Positions 25,864 through 35,166 of a DNA stretch of 59,686 nt are shown here, one piece after another. The notes beneath the pieces are model-generated. The model saw nothing but the letters and a program-made list of their open reading frames with translations. It was not told the origin of the DNA and did not search any database. The stretch lies in assembly GCA_034659915.1 (NCBI GenBank), contig JAYEID010000012.1, positions 1-59,686 of the forward strand, in the 5' to 3' direction. The position numbers and the translations under genes are program-made. Within the stretch, counting starts at the first letter, position 1; each line of letters begins with the position of its first letter. The stretch comes from Patescibacteria group bacterium. Lineage in GTDB: Bacteria > Patescibacteriota > WWE3 > JAUXAW01 > JAYEID01.

Positions 25864-27036
25864 GTGCAAATTGAACTTAGCACTGATCAAAGAAAAGTCC
25901 TCAGAAAAATCTGGAAATGGTTTGTGGGGAAAAGACACCCCTTCTTAACCTTTGGTGGTTACGCTGGTACAGGTAAAACCACCATGACAGCACTTTTCCG
26001 CCAAGCTCTAAAGCAAGAATTCCCCGAAGTAAAAGTTGCTTTCTGCTCCTACACGGGAAAGGCAGCTCGTGTTTTAGAAGAAATATTAAAAAACCACCAC
26101 GCACAGTTCCCAGGTGACACCACCGGTACTATTCATTCTCTAATCTATGAACCAGAAAAGGATGAAAAGGGACACATCCTTGGCTGGTATCCAAAAGATG
26201 AATTAAAAGCAGACTTGATAATTGTTGATGAGGCTTCCATGGTAAATAGAAAAATTTGGCACGATTTACTACGATTTGAAAAACCTATTCTTGCTGTAGG
26301 TGACCATGGTCAACTACCCCCAGTCCACGGGGAGTTTAATCTTATGGAAAATCCTAACCTAAGATTAGAAAAAATTCACCGCCAAGCTCGAGGGAACCCT
26401 ATAATTGAATTATCGGAAAAGGTAAGGTCAGGAAAAGAAATACCTTACGGCGATTTTGGTAAAGTTAAAAAGTTAAGACGAGAATCTCCGGAAACGGGAG
26501 AATTAGTGGAAGAGATTCTCAGCGATTATAATGAAGAACTTCTTGTACTAGTAGGTTATAACCGCACGCGTGTACAATTGAACAACGCAATTAGGGAAAT
26601 GCAATACCGAAAGAGCAGGGAACCACAAAGTGGGGACCGCATAATTTGTTTGCGGAATAATCACCGCAAGGGGATCTATAATGGAATGCGCGGAAAGATA
26701 CAACAAATAGAACCCTGGAGAGGTGATAGGGGAAGAACCTTGTGGTACTTTTTAGAAGCTGAGATGGACAACGGGGAACTGTATACGGGAAAGGTTTTAA
26801 AAAAGCAGTTTAATCAAGAAAAAACAATTCAAGAACTGCCTAACCTTTCCTTCAAAGAAATGGGAGATTTGTTTGATTTTGGGTATGCTTTAACTGTGCA
26901 TAAAGCACAAGGAAGCCAGGCTAGGCAGGTGCTGCTTTTCGAAGAGCGGTTTCGCCAAATGGATGACGACGATTGGTTCCGCTGGCTTTACACCGCAGTA
27001 ACAAGAGCAGAAGAAGAGCTGGTTATTGTAGGATAA
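25864..27036 (+). CDS. RecD/TraA/Dda-like SF1B DNA helicase
   Basis: Walker A GGYAGTGKTT, IIVDEASMV, GDHGQLPPV, C-terminal YALTVHKAQGSQ. Confidence 0.85.
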   Translation: MQIELSTDQRKVLRKIWKWFVGKRHPFLTFGGYAGTGKTTMTALFRQALKQEFPEVKVAFCSYTGKAARVLEEILKNHHAQFPGDTTGTIHSLIYEPEKDEKGHILGWYPKDELKADLIIVDEASMVNRKIWHDLLRFEKPILAVGDHGQLPPVHGEFNLMENPNLRLEKIHRQARGNPIIELSEKVRSGKEIPYGDFGKVKKLRRESPETGELVEEILSDYNEELLVLVGYNRTRVQLNNAIREMQYRKSREPQSGDRIICLRNNHRKGIYNGMRGKIQQIEPWRGDRGRTLWYFLEAEMDNGELYTGKVLKKQFNQEKTIQELPNLSFKEMGDLFDFGYALTVHKAQGSQARQVLLFEERFRQMDDDDWFRWLYTAVTRAEEELVIVG

Positions 27037-27061
27037 CTATGTTAATTTTCAAATTAGAATT

Positions 27062-27427
27062 ATGAGCAGTCTTACCACTTTTGAATTACTCTTAATCACG
27101 CACCTAGTAATGGATTGAATTTTTCAAGGCCATAAAGAAGCAACCAAGAAAAGCACCCAACCCAAATATTTGCTCCGCCACAGTTTAATTTACACCCTTG
27201 GATTTATTCCCGCTTTTACCTATCTAAATATAAATCTTCTTTGGCTTGCGCTCCTTTTTACAAGCCACCTTATTCTTGATGAAAGAACGTTTGAAACCTG
27301 GATTATGGAAAAAATAAAGGGAGTAACTGAGAAAAACACAACACCAGAGCTGCACCGCATTGTCTCGACCGGAGTGGATCAGACACTACATATCTTAATC
27401 CTAGCTACCATTACCGCTCTGATATAA
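27062..27427 (+). pseudogene. DUF3307-like membrane protein interrupted by an in-frame TGA
   Basis: ATG at 27062 gives MSSLTTFELLLITHLVMD, then TGA at 27116-27118, then IFQGHKEATKK...HLILDERTFE in the same frame. This matches the H-x3-D-aromatic-x-x-Q motif of DUF3307. Confidence 0.55.
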
Positions 27428-27546
27428 ATCTTAAAGCTTAGTTACTTTTTTCTCCCACGTAAACAGCGCCCCCAAAGACTTGCCTTGGTGGATCCTCTTA
27501 ATTACTAGGGAAAATAAATCAGCTAGGGAAATTATTTTCATTTTTT

Positions 27547-28389
27547 CTAGTTTTTTTTCTCGGAGAGAGGAACTGTATCCAAAAGCAAAATTTTGGAAAT
27601 AGGGGAGATCTCTAGCCTTCCTACTGCTGAACCAGATAAAAGAGCATGTGTAGCACAAATAATTATATCCTTCGCCCCAGCTTGCTTTAAAACTTTTGCA
27701 GCATTAGTAATGGTTCCTCCCGTATCAATAATGTCATCAACAATAACAACTAGCTTATTTTCCACATCTCCAATTACTCGAACCACTTCCGATTGATTGT
27801 GCCCCACCCGTCGCTTGTCCAAAACTACCAAAGGAACTAGCAACAATCCTGCCATTTTCCGACATCTTTTCATTGCGCCAGTGTCCGGAGCTGCAATTAC
27901 CATATCTTCATAATCCTCATCCTTTAAATAATTCGCAAACTGCGGATAGCCTACAAAATGGTCAAAAGGAATATCGTAAAATCCTTGAATCTGATCGGAA
28001 TGTAAATCCACTGTAACTACTCGATCTGCTCCTGCCTTACTAATCAAATTAGCAACCAACTTGGCTGTAACTGGTTCTCTAGAAATAACCTTCCTGTCTT
28101 GCCGAGAGTACGCTAAATATGGACAAATGATATTAATTCTTCTCGCTGAAGCCCTTTTCAAAGCATCAATAGTAACTAAAAGCTCCATTAAGTTTTCATT
28201 AACGGGGTTACCTAATGTCTGAATTAGAAAAACATCATCACCACGAACCTTCTCTTTTATCCGTACGTAAGTTTCTCCATCAGAAAATTTTTCAATCTGA
28301 GTGGGAGTAAGAGGAATTCCCAAATTAGAAGAGATTTTATTAGCCAAATCTGGGTGAGAACTACCACTTATTAGATGGGTTTTTGACAT
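27547..28389 (-). CDS. prs: ribose-phosphate pyrophosphokinase
   Basis: FSDGETYVRI, PYLAYSRQDRK and the PRPP loop VIVDDIIDTGGT. Confidence 0.9.
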   Translation of the reverse strand: MSKTHLISGSSHPDLANKISSNLGIPLTPTQIEKFSDGETYVRIKEKVRGDDVFLIQTLGNPVNENLMELLVTIDALKRASARRINIICPYLAYSRQDRKVISREPVTAKLVANLISKAGADRVVTVDLHSDQIQGFYDIPFDHFVGYPQFANYLKDEDYEDMVIAAPDTGAMKRCRKMAGLLLVPLVVLDKRRVGHNQSEVVRVIGDVENKLVVIVDDIIDTGGTITNAAKVLKQAGAKDIIICATHALLSGSAVGRLEISPISKILLLDTVPLSEKKN

Positions 28390-28424
28390 TACTAATTCTA
28401 ATCTAAGCTAGATTATTTTAAGTT

Positions 28425-29384
28425 TCAAGAACTGTCCCCATCTTCATTTCCACTATGATATTCCTCGTGCACTTCTTTTAATTTCTGGTCAGTAACATGC
28501 GTATAAATCTGAGTGGTGGAAACGTTTTTGTGACCCAAAAGCTCTTGCACCTCTCGCACATCTGCACCTGCACGGAGCAAATCTGTTGCAAAAGTATGGC
28601 GTAAAGTGTGTGGTGTAGCCTCAGTAGTTAACCCTAATTTATGTACATATTTCTTTACCAAGCGCTGCACACTACGAGCAGAAAGGCGGTATGCCTCGTC
28701 CTCATCTTCGCCCTCATCTGGCGCTGGACCGCGGTACCGAATAAACAATGGATCTAAGTCATCCTCTCGAGTCTCTAAATACTCAGAAAGAGCACGCGCT
28801 GCGCGATCACTTACAAACACAACCCTACTTTTTCCACCTTTTCCAACTACTGAAAATTCCCGGGTTTCTAAATTTATCTTATCTCTATTAAGAGAAACAA
28901 GTTCGCTAACCCGCAAACCAGTCGAAAACAGAAGCTCCAAAATAGCCCGATCCCTTTTCCCAATCTTTGTTTTAGAATTAGGAGCAAAAAAAAGTTTTCG
29001 CAGCTCTTCCGATTGCAAAAAATCAATTTCTCTTTCACCAGTTTTTCCCAGCGAAATTTTCTCCGGAGGCATAACCTCTAGCCCTCGTTCAGTAATAAGA
29101 TAACGGAGAAAGCTTCTAAGAGCAATTAAGTGGTAATTACGAGTCTTAGGCTTTAATTTACGACCTTTTTCATTTTTAAAGTCAAAAAGCTTTACTTGGT
29201 AGTCGCGAATTAGAGTAGGGGAGATGGAAGAAACTTTCTTAACATTAGTCCAATTTAAAAATCTGGTAAGGTAGTGGCCATAACTTTCTAAAGTTTTTTC
29301 TGAATAATTTTTTTCCAGTTTAAGGTACTGTAAAAAATTATGAACCAAGTTTTCAACTTGATTTGCTTCTTTTTTGTCACTCAT
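28425..29384 (-). CDS. tyrosine recombinase, XerC/XerD family
   Basis: HTLRHTFATDLLRAGADVREVQELLGHKNVSTTQIYTHV plus an N-terminal SAM-like domain. The likely start is the ATG at 29384 (the track has the TTG at 29423). Confidence 0.85.
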   Translation of the reverse strand: MSDKKEANQVENLVHNFLQYLKLEKNYSEKTLESYGHYLTRFLNWTNVKKVSSISPTLIRDYQVKLFDFKNEKGRKLKPKTRNYHLIALRSFLRYLITERGLEVMPPEKISLGKTGEREIDFLQSEELRKLFFAPNSKTKIGKRDRAILELLFSTGLRVSELVSLNRDKINLETREFSVVGKGGKSRVVFVSDRAARALSEYLETREDDLDPLFIRYRGPAPDEGEDEDEAYRLSARSVQRLVKKYVHKLGLTTEATPHTLRHTFATDLLRAGADVREVQELLGHKNVSTTQIYTHVTDQKLKEVHEEYHSGNEDGDSS

Positions 29385-29941
29385 TATTATTAGTGTATTC
29401 CAAACTAGGAAAGTGGGTCCCAAATCCTAACCCAGTGTTTATAAGAAACGTCGCTCAATGTAGATTATACGACGTATAGGCTTAGATTAACCCATTTCTA
29501 AACAAAAATCAAGCAAGCCAACACCCATCTTCAAGCCTCCTTCAAATCTAAATCCTCATCCAAACAAAAAAATCAAACCTCCTACCCTCAGCAAACTTTG
29601 CGGCTTAATTTTTTACAAAAAAAGGGATAGAAACTACAAAGGGGAGTGCAAAAAAATTAAAAGCAAAAATTGAACAAAAAAACAATTTTTTAGCCAATAC
29701 TTATATCATGTTTAGAAAAAAATTGCCTTAGAAATGCTCTAAGCGGCTCAACAATTATTCCCTATAATAATAGGTTATCCACAAAATAACAAAATAGGGA
29801 AGTTCCAGTTTTCTGAAAAAGTTCGGATATAAATTTAGAGGGAAACCTTTTTGGGGAATTAAGCAAAAAAAAATATAAGAAAAAAATACAAAATAAAACT
29901 TAAAAAATTTAGGCTTGGTATTTTTTTTTGTTTTTTTTGTT

Positions 29942-29955
29942 CCACCAGCTGGTGG
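29942..29955. repeat. P3-type palindrome variant CCACCAGCTGGTGG followed by ATTGGATTTGGAA
   Basis: The same 3' flank (ATTGGATTTGGAA) follows CCGCCGGCCGGCGG inside ychF at 47900. Confidence 0.55.
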
Positions 29956-30092
29956 ATTGGATTTGGAAAGATGAAAAGACTTCAACAATTAAGTTAAGGC
30001 GCCCTTTATTATAGGATAAGTACTAACTACCGTGTTATAGGATAATAATTAGCACTTGCTGCTTCTCGCTGATAAGTCCCCTACTCTCTCAC

Positions 30093-30902
30093 CTACCCAA
30101 CACTAAACTTAAAGATGCTAACCCCTAATAATATAAGCAAAACTAAATATTCAACAATCAAGCGGCTGTTGAGCTTGTGCTCAAAATACTCTCTTTCAAT
30201 TGAAATTCCAACATAGAACGCAGCCGAAATAATCAAACCTCGAAAAAACTGCTCCACGGGGACAAATGCAAAACTAAGAAAAATCTCAAGACAAAGAAAA
30301 GCAATTAGCACTGCGCCAAGAAGAACTCTCCTTTCAAATCCTTTTATCAAAAAGAAAAGAGCGAACGAAAACAGAAATGAGAAAAGAATAACAAAGAAAA
30401 GTTGGAAGATTAAAATCTCCAACCCCTTGAGAAAAACCGTAAAGGAGAAGAAAGATATAATCGTAGTTGCAAGAAAAAGTGTTGTTCGGGCTGGGCGCAG
30501 AAGAGGGATTTCCTCTTCTCTACTCCTTGCAACCTTAAAAATGTTTAAGCTAAGCATCAATGCATAAAAGAAAAAAAGAAAAAATACCACAAACGCAATT
30601 TTAAACCATGTTACTGTATACGGAAAATAATATTGGGTAAGACCTGTACTCAAAACAAAGAAAGTCGGAAAGAGAGAAACAACCAACCAGTAAAAATCAA
30701 AATCTGTTTTTAAAACAAATTTAATTCCCAAAAAAGAGGCAAGGGTAGCAATCCCTATAGAAGCAAGATTATAGGGAAATTCAAAAAAATAAACAAAAGA
30801 AAATAGCAACGAAACAAGAACTGAAAATAAAAAAAAGAGTTGCTTTTTAGAAAATTTAAAAGAAGAAGCCTTATTAATTAAAGTTTGCATTGGTAAATAC
30901 AT
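30093..30902 (-). CDS. hypothetical polytopic membrane protein (269 aa)
   Basis: Phe/Leu-rich with about 8 predicted helices. Confidence 0.6.
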   Translation of the reverse strand: MYLPMQTLINKASSFKFSKKQLFFLFSVLVSLLFSFVYFFEFPYNLASIGIATLASFLGIKFVLKTDFDFYWLVVSLFPTFFVLSTGLTQYYFPYTVTWFKIAFVVFFLFFFYALMLSLNIFKVARSREEEIPLLRPARTTLFLATTIISFFSFTVFLKGLEILIFQLFFVILFSFLFSFALFFLIKGFERRVLLGAVLIAFLCLEIFLSFAFVPVEQFFRGLIISAAFYVGISIEREYFEHKLNSRLIVEYLVLLILLGVSIFKFSVG

Positions 30903-31401
30903 TTTCTACATCCTCATGCTGTTCTAAGATATCGAGCATTTCTTGTACTCTATGTTTTGTTTCTTTGTTTACATCAATATTAAACTGTGGTTCAGATTCT
31001 TTAAAAATATATGCAGTACAACCAGCCTCACCCAAAGAACAATTAAAATTCTCAAAAATTTTCCTAATCTCCGAAAGGGTACGGTTTTTGTTATCGGTCT
31101 CAATTTTAATAAGAAAAGCAACACCACCTGGACCATAACCTTCAAGAACCTGATTCTTGCGTATATAATCGCCTTCTCCAGCTCCTCGTTTTATTGCCCG
31201 CTCAATATTTTCTTTCGGCATGTTATGCTCCTTTGCTTCTTCAATAGCAGATCGAAGCTCAGGATTAAAATCAATATCTTTACCACCCTCTCGTACTGCA
31301 GTAGATATCTGATCTGCAAGTTTTGAAAACAGCTTACCCCGCCGGCGATCCTTCCGTTGCTTTCTATGTTTTATATTTTGCCAATGAGAATGTCCAGACA
31401 T
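30874..31401 (-). CDS. yebC: YebC/PmpR family transcriptional regulator (short form)
   Basis: MSGHSHWQNIKHRK is the canonical YebC N-terminus. The track ORF extends to 31509, but that extension is read from repeat DNA. Confidence 0.8.
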   Translation of the reverse strand: MSGHSHWQNIKHRKQRKDRRRGKLFSKLADQISTAVREGGKDIDFNPELRSAIEEAKEHNMPKENIERAIKRGAGEGDYIRKNQVLEGYGPGGVAFLIKIETDNKNRTLSEIRKIFENFNCSLGEAGCTAYIFKESEPQFNIDVNKETKHRVQEMLDILEQHEDVENVFTNANFN

Positions 31402-31676
31402 AATTAGTAGTAGGCAGTAGTCATCAGTAATCCTCGATCCGCTTTCGGCAGTCATCCTGAAGGAGTCCCGATTTATCGGGACGACTGAAGGATCCCCTGC
31501 AAAAGGCACTGTACAGTAACATCACGGTCGCCGAAGAGGCGACTTCTACCCGTCATTTAAAATTCAAAATCTATTCCCTATTCATTATTTATTATTTAGT
31601 ATTTCGTATTTATTTGGAGCTTCGTATTTCGAATTTTCTTTATTTGTAATTTGTTATTTAGTGTTATTTAGTTATC

Positions 31677-31717
31677 GAGACCTCCAAGGATTAAACAGGT
31701 TAAACCTTGCAGGACTC
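31677..31717. repeat. conserved AGACCT hairpin module of the composite repeat (copy A)
   Basis: GAGACCT-C-CAAGG[loop]CCTTG-C-AGGACTC. The inner stem covaries with copies at 46999 and 55895. Confidence 0.55.
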
Positions 31718-31749
31718 TCAGGTCCGATTCTCCAGTTACGAGTTACGAG

Positions 31750-31773
31750 TCCCTGCCGGCCGGCAGGCAGGTC
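31750..31773. repeat. P1-type GC-rich palindrome (CCCTGCCGGCCGGCAGGCAGG)
   Basis: Other members at 47650, 51497 and 55861. Confidence 0.7.
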
Positions 31774-31843
31774 CAGTCTCTTATCTTTTATTCCTTAACT
31801 CTTATTTCTTATCTCAGCTCAACTTCGTCTTTTTTTTTCTTCC

Positions 31844-32422
31844 TCATTTTTCTTCCTCATTTTTCTCCTGCATTTTCTTCCCCTCTCCCCTACTCTGCTC
31901 TTCCCCACCAAGCTGCTTATCTTCTTCATTTTTTAAAACATTTTTCAAAGCTGCAAAGGGAGCTCGCTCATTTTCCTCTGGAATTAAAGCCACAGCCTCA
32001 TCACCCTCCTCCCCTTGATAGTAACTAACAGCTGCCGGCAGAAGTCTATACGAGCCGTGGGAATCGACTACATGCCAAGCACCATCCTTCTTAGCCAAAA
32101 CACCTCTTATTTCCCGCCGCTTTACTCTTTCCACCTGCTTAAAAAAGTTCCGCCCCTCTTTATCAATCATCTTCAACCGATCCCCATAAACCAATTCTGA
32201 TTTAGAAGCATAGTTCTCAGGAACCTGATATTTTTCACCTTCCTCAGTTACCATTTCATGCCCATTAAAAGTCCCAAAAACACCAGGAAGTTCGCGAGGA
32301 TCACGTTCTTTCGCCTCTTCCAGCTCATTTAGCAACCGCTTAGCTAGATGAATACTCGAAACTGCTGCTGATAATGCTTGGTGTATATTTTGGATTTTTT
32401 TTCTCTCCTTTTTCTCAGTCAT
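31844..32422 (-). CDS. hypothetical protein (192 aa) upstream of the VirD4-like ATPase region
   Basis: Good ORF with a charged tail. No motif recognised. Confidence 0.6.
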   Translation of the reverse strand: MTEKKERKKIQNIHQALSAAVSSIHLAKRLLNELEEAKERDPRELPGVFGTFNGHEMVTEEGEKYQVPENYASKSELVYGDRLKMIDKEGRNFFKQVERVKRREIRGVLAKKDGAWHVVDSHGSYRLLPAAVSYYQGEEGDEAVALIPEENERAPFAALKNVLKNEEDKQLGGEEQSRGEGKKMQEKNEEEK

Positions 32423-32472
32423 TTTGTTTCCTACCTCCTTAGCAAAACTAATAAATTTTTGTAATAGCTTAT

Positions 32473-34959
32473 CTAATCTTCTTCTTTTTCTCTCTGCCTA
32501 GCATCTTCTGCCTTAGCCATACCTAAATCAAATTGTGTTCCATTCCACTTTGCAATTGCTTCCGAAACTGCGCTTTTCCCCCGAGCATATTTCTCGCGGC
32601 TTCTTTCTATTATAGTATTCCTATTACCAGTTCTATACTCCTCATTCAAGGGAAAGGTCACTGCTGAAAAAGGCGGGGAGGTCATACCATCAATCATCAA
32701 TTCCAAATAAACATGGTATTTTTCCAAACTAATCAAATCCTCTTCAGTAAAAACAGGGGTAAATTCCTCCGCCAAAACTTTTGCATCGGGAGCTCCAAGT
32801 GCAAACGAAATAATAGTACCCACATTTCCAAAAACAGCATCCTGCATCTCCTCAGGGAGCTGAGCAACATACTGGTGAGTTATATTCAAACAAAGATGAT
32901 ATTTCCTGGCTTCAGATAAGATAGAAGCAAAAGACCCAGAAGCAAAGTTCTGGAACTCATCAACATATAAATAGAAATTGGGTCGGCTCTCTTCCGGAAT
33001 ATTAACCCTACGCATAGCTTCAAATTGCATTCTCGAAACTAACATCGAACCAAGAATTTCCGAGTCGTCTACACCCAACTTACCCTTTGACAAATTAACC
33101 AAAAATATCTTTCTCTCATTCATAATTTTAGTTAAATCAAAACTGGAATGAGGCTGACCAACAATATTCCTAATAGTAGGAGAGGCAAGAAATTGCCCTA
33201 AGCGATTCTGAATAGGAGCAATTGCTTCTGTAACTAGACGATTATTAGAAAGCATTCCCTTAAACTCATCCTCCCAAAACCTCTTTACTATTGGATCGTC
33301 TATTTTGTAAACAATATAATTCCGGTAATTTTTATCTTGAAGCAAGCGGGTAACTCCTAACAAAGTAGTCCTAGGAACCTCCAACAAAGTAAGAACACAG
33401 TTTCGCAAGATGTGTTCTAGCCGCGGACCCCAAGAAAAGGAAAACCGTTTCCGAAAGACATCAATTAATCCGGAAGCAATTAAACTCTTTTGGTCAGGAT
33501 CCTGCAATTCAAGCATATTAAACCCAAGGGGAAATTCCTTGTCAGCGGGGTTAAAAAGGACCACATCATCAATACGCTCCTCAGGAACAAAGTCTAAAAG
33601 GCGATCAATTGACTCGCCGTGAGGATCAATAAAGGCTACGCCTTCCCCCGCCCGCATATCTTGAATAGCCATATTCTCAAACAGAGTTGTTTTACCTACA
33701 CCTGTTTTTCCAATTGAATAAATGTGCCGCGGCCGATCTTCTCGCTTAATCCCAAACCTAACCATTCTATCCCGAAAGGTAGTCAACCCCAAATAAGTTA
33801 CATCCTCTCCTGCAATTGGTAAATCCAACGGAGGCTCGCCCTTTTTGTAGCGGGACCAAGCAAGTGAGGGCGTTTCCACACTTACATTTGGAAGGTGGAA
33901 CACAGATGCTAGTTCTCCAGTGTTAAGAATATAAACCCAATCTTCTGGAAACTTCCGAGTTCGGTAGTTTTCCAAAAATTCATCAGGATTACCACCAACC
34001 GAACTTCTAGTAAAAGAATTAAGATTAGCAGTACTAAATTGCTTAAAAGAAGCTGAAGCACTTCTCAGCAAGCTTTCTGACTTTTCCGGGGTACTGCCAA
34101 TAGCAATAAGGCGTATGGCTGTTTCAAAACCAACTCTGCTCATTTTCTCTTCCACAGCCTGAATTTCTGTTTGCTGAGAAGGTGTTAGCTGTACTCCACC
34201 GCCTTCTTCCACTTCCACCTCTCTACCTGGATAAAAAATCATAGTGGGTATATCAGTTAAAATAGAAATTACACCATTCATTACACCTTCAGAAATTTCT
34301 CCCAAAGAAAGAGCAGGTCCTCCCACACCAGAACGAACTGCATCTATATAATCATAACCCTCCTGCTGCCAAACGTCTGGGATGGGTCGGAGCAGAATCT
34401 GAATCCACACCTGATCTTCTTCACCCACCTCGGAAAGCGCACCAGTAATAGCTGCAAGGGGGTCTACATCAAAATCAGGAAAGGTTTTGATGGAAAAAAT
34501 ATGACTTTTAGCAAGTTCTATCTTAGCCCCACTTAGGCTCTTACCCAAATCGTCTAATTCTTCTGTATAATCATCTGCTTCTTCAATTTCTGCATTTGGA
34601 TATTGAGCAAAAATCTGGCTCTTAACAAAATCTGTCAGATGCTCCGGAACCCAGGTGTAAAAATATATACCGGCAGAACTAGCTGCAATCTCAAAAGATA
34701 TATGCTCTTGAATTCCAGGAGTTAGACGAAGCAATCCGTGCAGGGAAGCAAACATTTGTTCGGCTGAAAGAGCTCCTTTCTCGTTCTCTTTAGGAACTTT
34801 TATCACCAATACCTTCCCTTTATAAATAGGTTCTTTCATACCTTGTCTAGCTTTTCTTATAGCAAGCAAGGCACCACCAACCAAGGCCACAGCTGCTATA
34901 GCTACAATCAGTGTCACGCTCATCTCCTTTATTGTATGGTCTACAGGGAAAAGAGTCAA
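32473..34959 (-). CDS. membrane-anchored VirD4/TraD/TraG-like (type IV coupling protein-like) P-loop ATPase
   Basis: N-terminal TM helix. Walker A GKTGVGKTT followed by AFIDPHGE, Walker B-like FYLYVDEFQNF, then HLCLNITHQ. The roughly 370-aa N-terminal domain is unassigned. Confidence 0.7.
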   Translation of the reverse strand: MTLFPVDHTIKEMSVTLIVAIAAVALVGGALLAIRKARQGMKEPIYKGKVLVIKVPKENEKGALSAEQMFASLHGLLRLTPGIQEHISFEIAASSAGIYFYTWVPEHLTDFVKSQIFAQYPNAEIEEADDYTEELDDLGKSLSGAKIELAKSHIFSIKTFPDFDVDPLAAITGALSEVGEEDQVWIQILLRPIPDVWQQEGYDYIDAVRSGVGGPALSLGEISEGVMNGVISILTDIPTMIFYPGREVEVEEGGGVQLTPSQQTEIQAVEEKMSRVGFETAIRLIAIGSTPEKSESLLRSASASFKQFSTANLNSFTRSSVGGNPDEFLENYRTRKFPEDWVYILNTGELASVFHLPNVSVETPSLAWSRYKKGEPPLDLPIAGEDVTYLGLTTFRDRMVRFGIKREDRPRHIYSIGKTGVGKTTLFENMAIQDMRAGEGVAFIDPHGESIDRLLDFVPEERIDDVVLFNPADKEFPLGFNMLELQDPDQKSLIASGLIDVFRKRFSFSWGPRLEHILRNCVLTLLEVPRTTLLGVTRLLQDKNYRNYIVYKIDDPIVKRFWEDEFKGMLSNNRLVTEAIAPIQNRLGQFLASPTIRNIVGQPHSSFDLTKIMNERKIFLVNLSKGKLGVDDSEILGSMLVSRMQFEAMRRVNIPEESRPNFYLYVDEFQNFASGSFASILSEARKYHLCLNITHQYVAQLPEEMQDAVFGNVGTIISFALGAPDAKVLAEEFTPVFTEEDLISLEKYHVYLELMIDGMTSPPFSAVTFPLNEEYRTGNRNTIIERSREKYARGKSAVSEAIAKWNGTQFDLGMAKAEDARQREKEED

Positions 34960-35094
34960 ATAGCATCAGAAGAGACGCGCTAAAAGCATGGAACATAAAA
35001 ACATAGAACATAGGAAATAAGAGATACGAGATAATAAATAATAAAAATAAGAAGAAAATATGAAGGGACTATAAAATTACGGGTTCGCCATTTG

Positions 35095-35136
35095 AAAAAA
35101 AAAATCTACCCCCGGACTAAATTCTGGTCCGGGGGT
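35095..35136 (-). terminator. intrinsic terminator ACCCCCGGAC-N9-GTCCGGGGGT plus U10
   Basis: Minus-strand reading gives a 10-bp GC stem followed by the 35095-35104 T-run, 30 nt after the 35167 stop. Confidence 0.8.
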
Positions 35137-35166
35137 GAAGAAAGGAGAGAGACTAGGGAAATCCTA

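Larger units (their letters stand above)
31402..31843. repeat. composite intergenic repeat, copy A
   Basis: Colinear blocks shared with 46634..47218: CATCCTGAAGGAGTCCCGATT, GTCATTTAAAATTCA, TTCATTATTTATTATTT, TTTGTAATTTGTTATTTAGTTATCGAGACC, CCTTGCAGG..AGGT. Also contains a P1 palindrome. Confidence 0.75.

Noticed and set aside
27116-27118. Alternative genetic code (TGA as Trp or Gly), as in some CPR lineages
   Set aside because: TGA terminates several well-defined genes here, and none of the roughly 40 conserved housekeeping ORFs needs an internal TGA. The TAA and TAG interruptions in other decaying genes point to pseudogenisation instead.
28425-29384. The tyrosine recombinase as a phage or ICE integrase marking a mobile element
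   Set aside because: Its domain layout and catalytic tail are XerC/XerD-like. It is flanked by prs and housekeeping genes. There is no adjacent tRNA, direct-repeat att sites or phage/conjugation genes.
29775-29783. oriC call based on the DnaA box TTATCCACA
   Set aside because: Only a single perfect box is present, and similar 8/9 matches occur inside genes elsewhere. No dnaA or dnaN is nearby. The region is kept only as a low-interest observation.
31402-31509. N-terminal extensions of yebC (to 31509), cysS (to 51081), the MBL hydrolase (to 40479) and xer (to 29423)
   Set aside because: Each conserved protein family starts at a downstream Met ([30 protein letters not shown]). The extensions read through repeat or spacer DNA.
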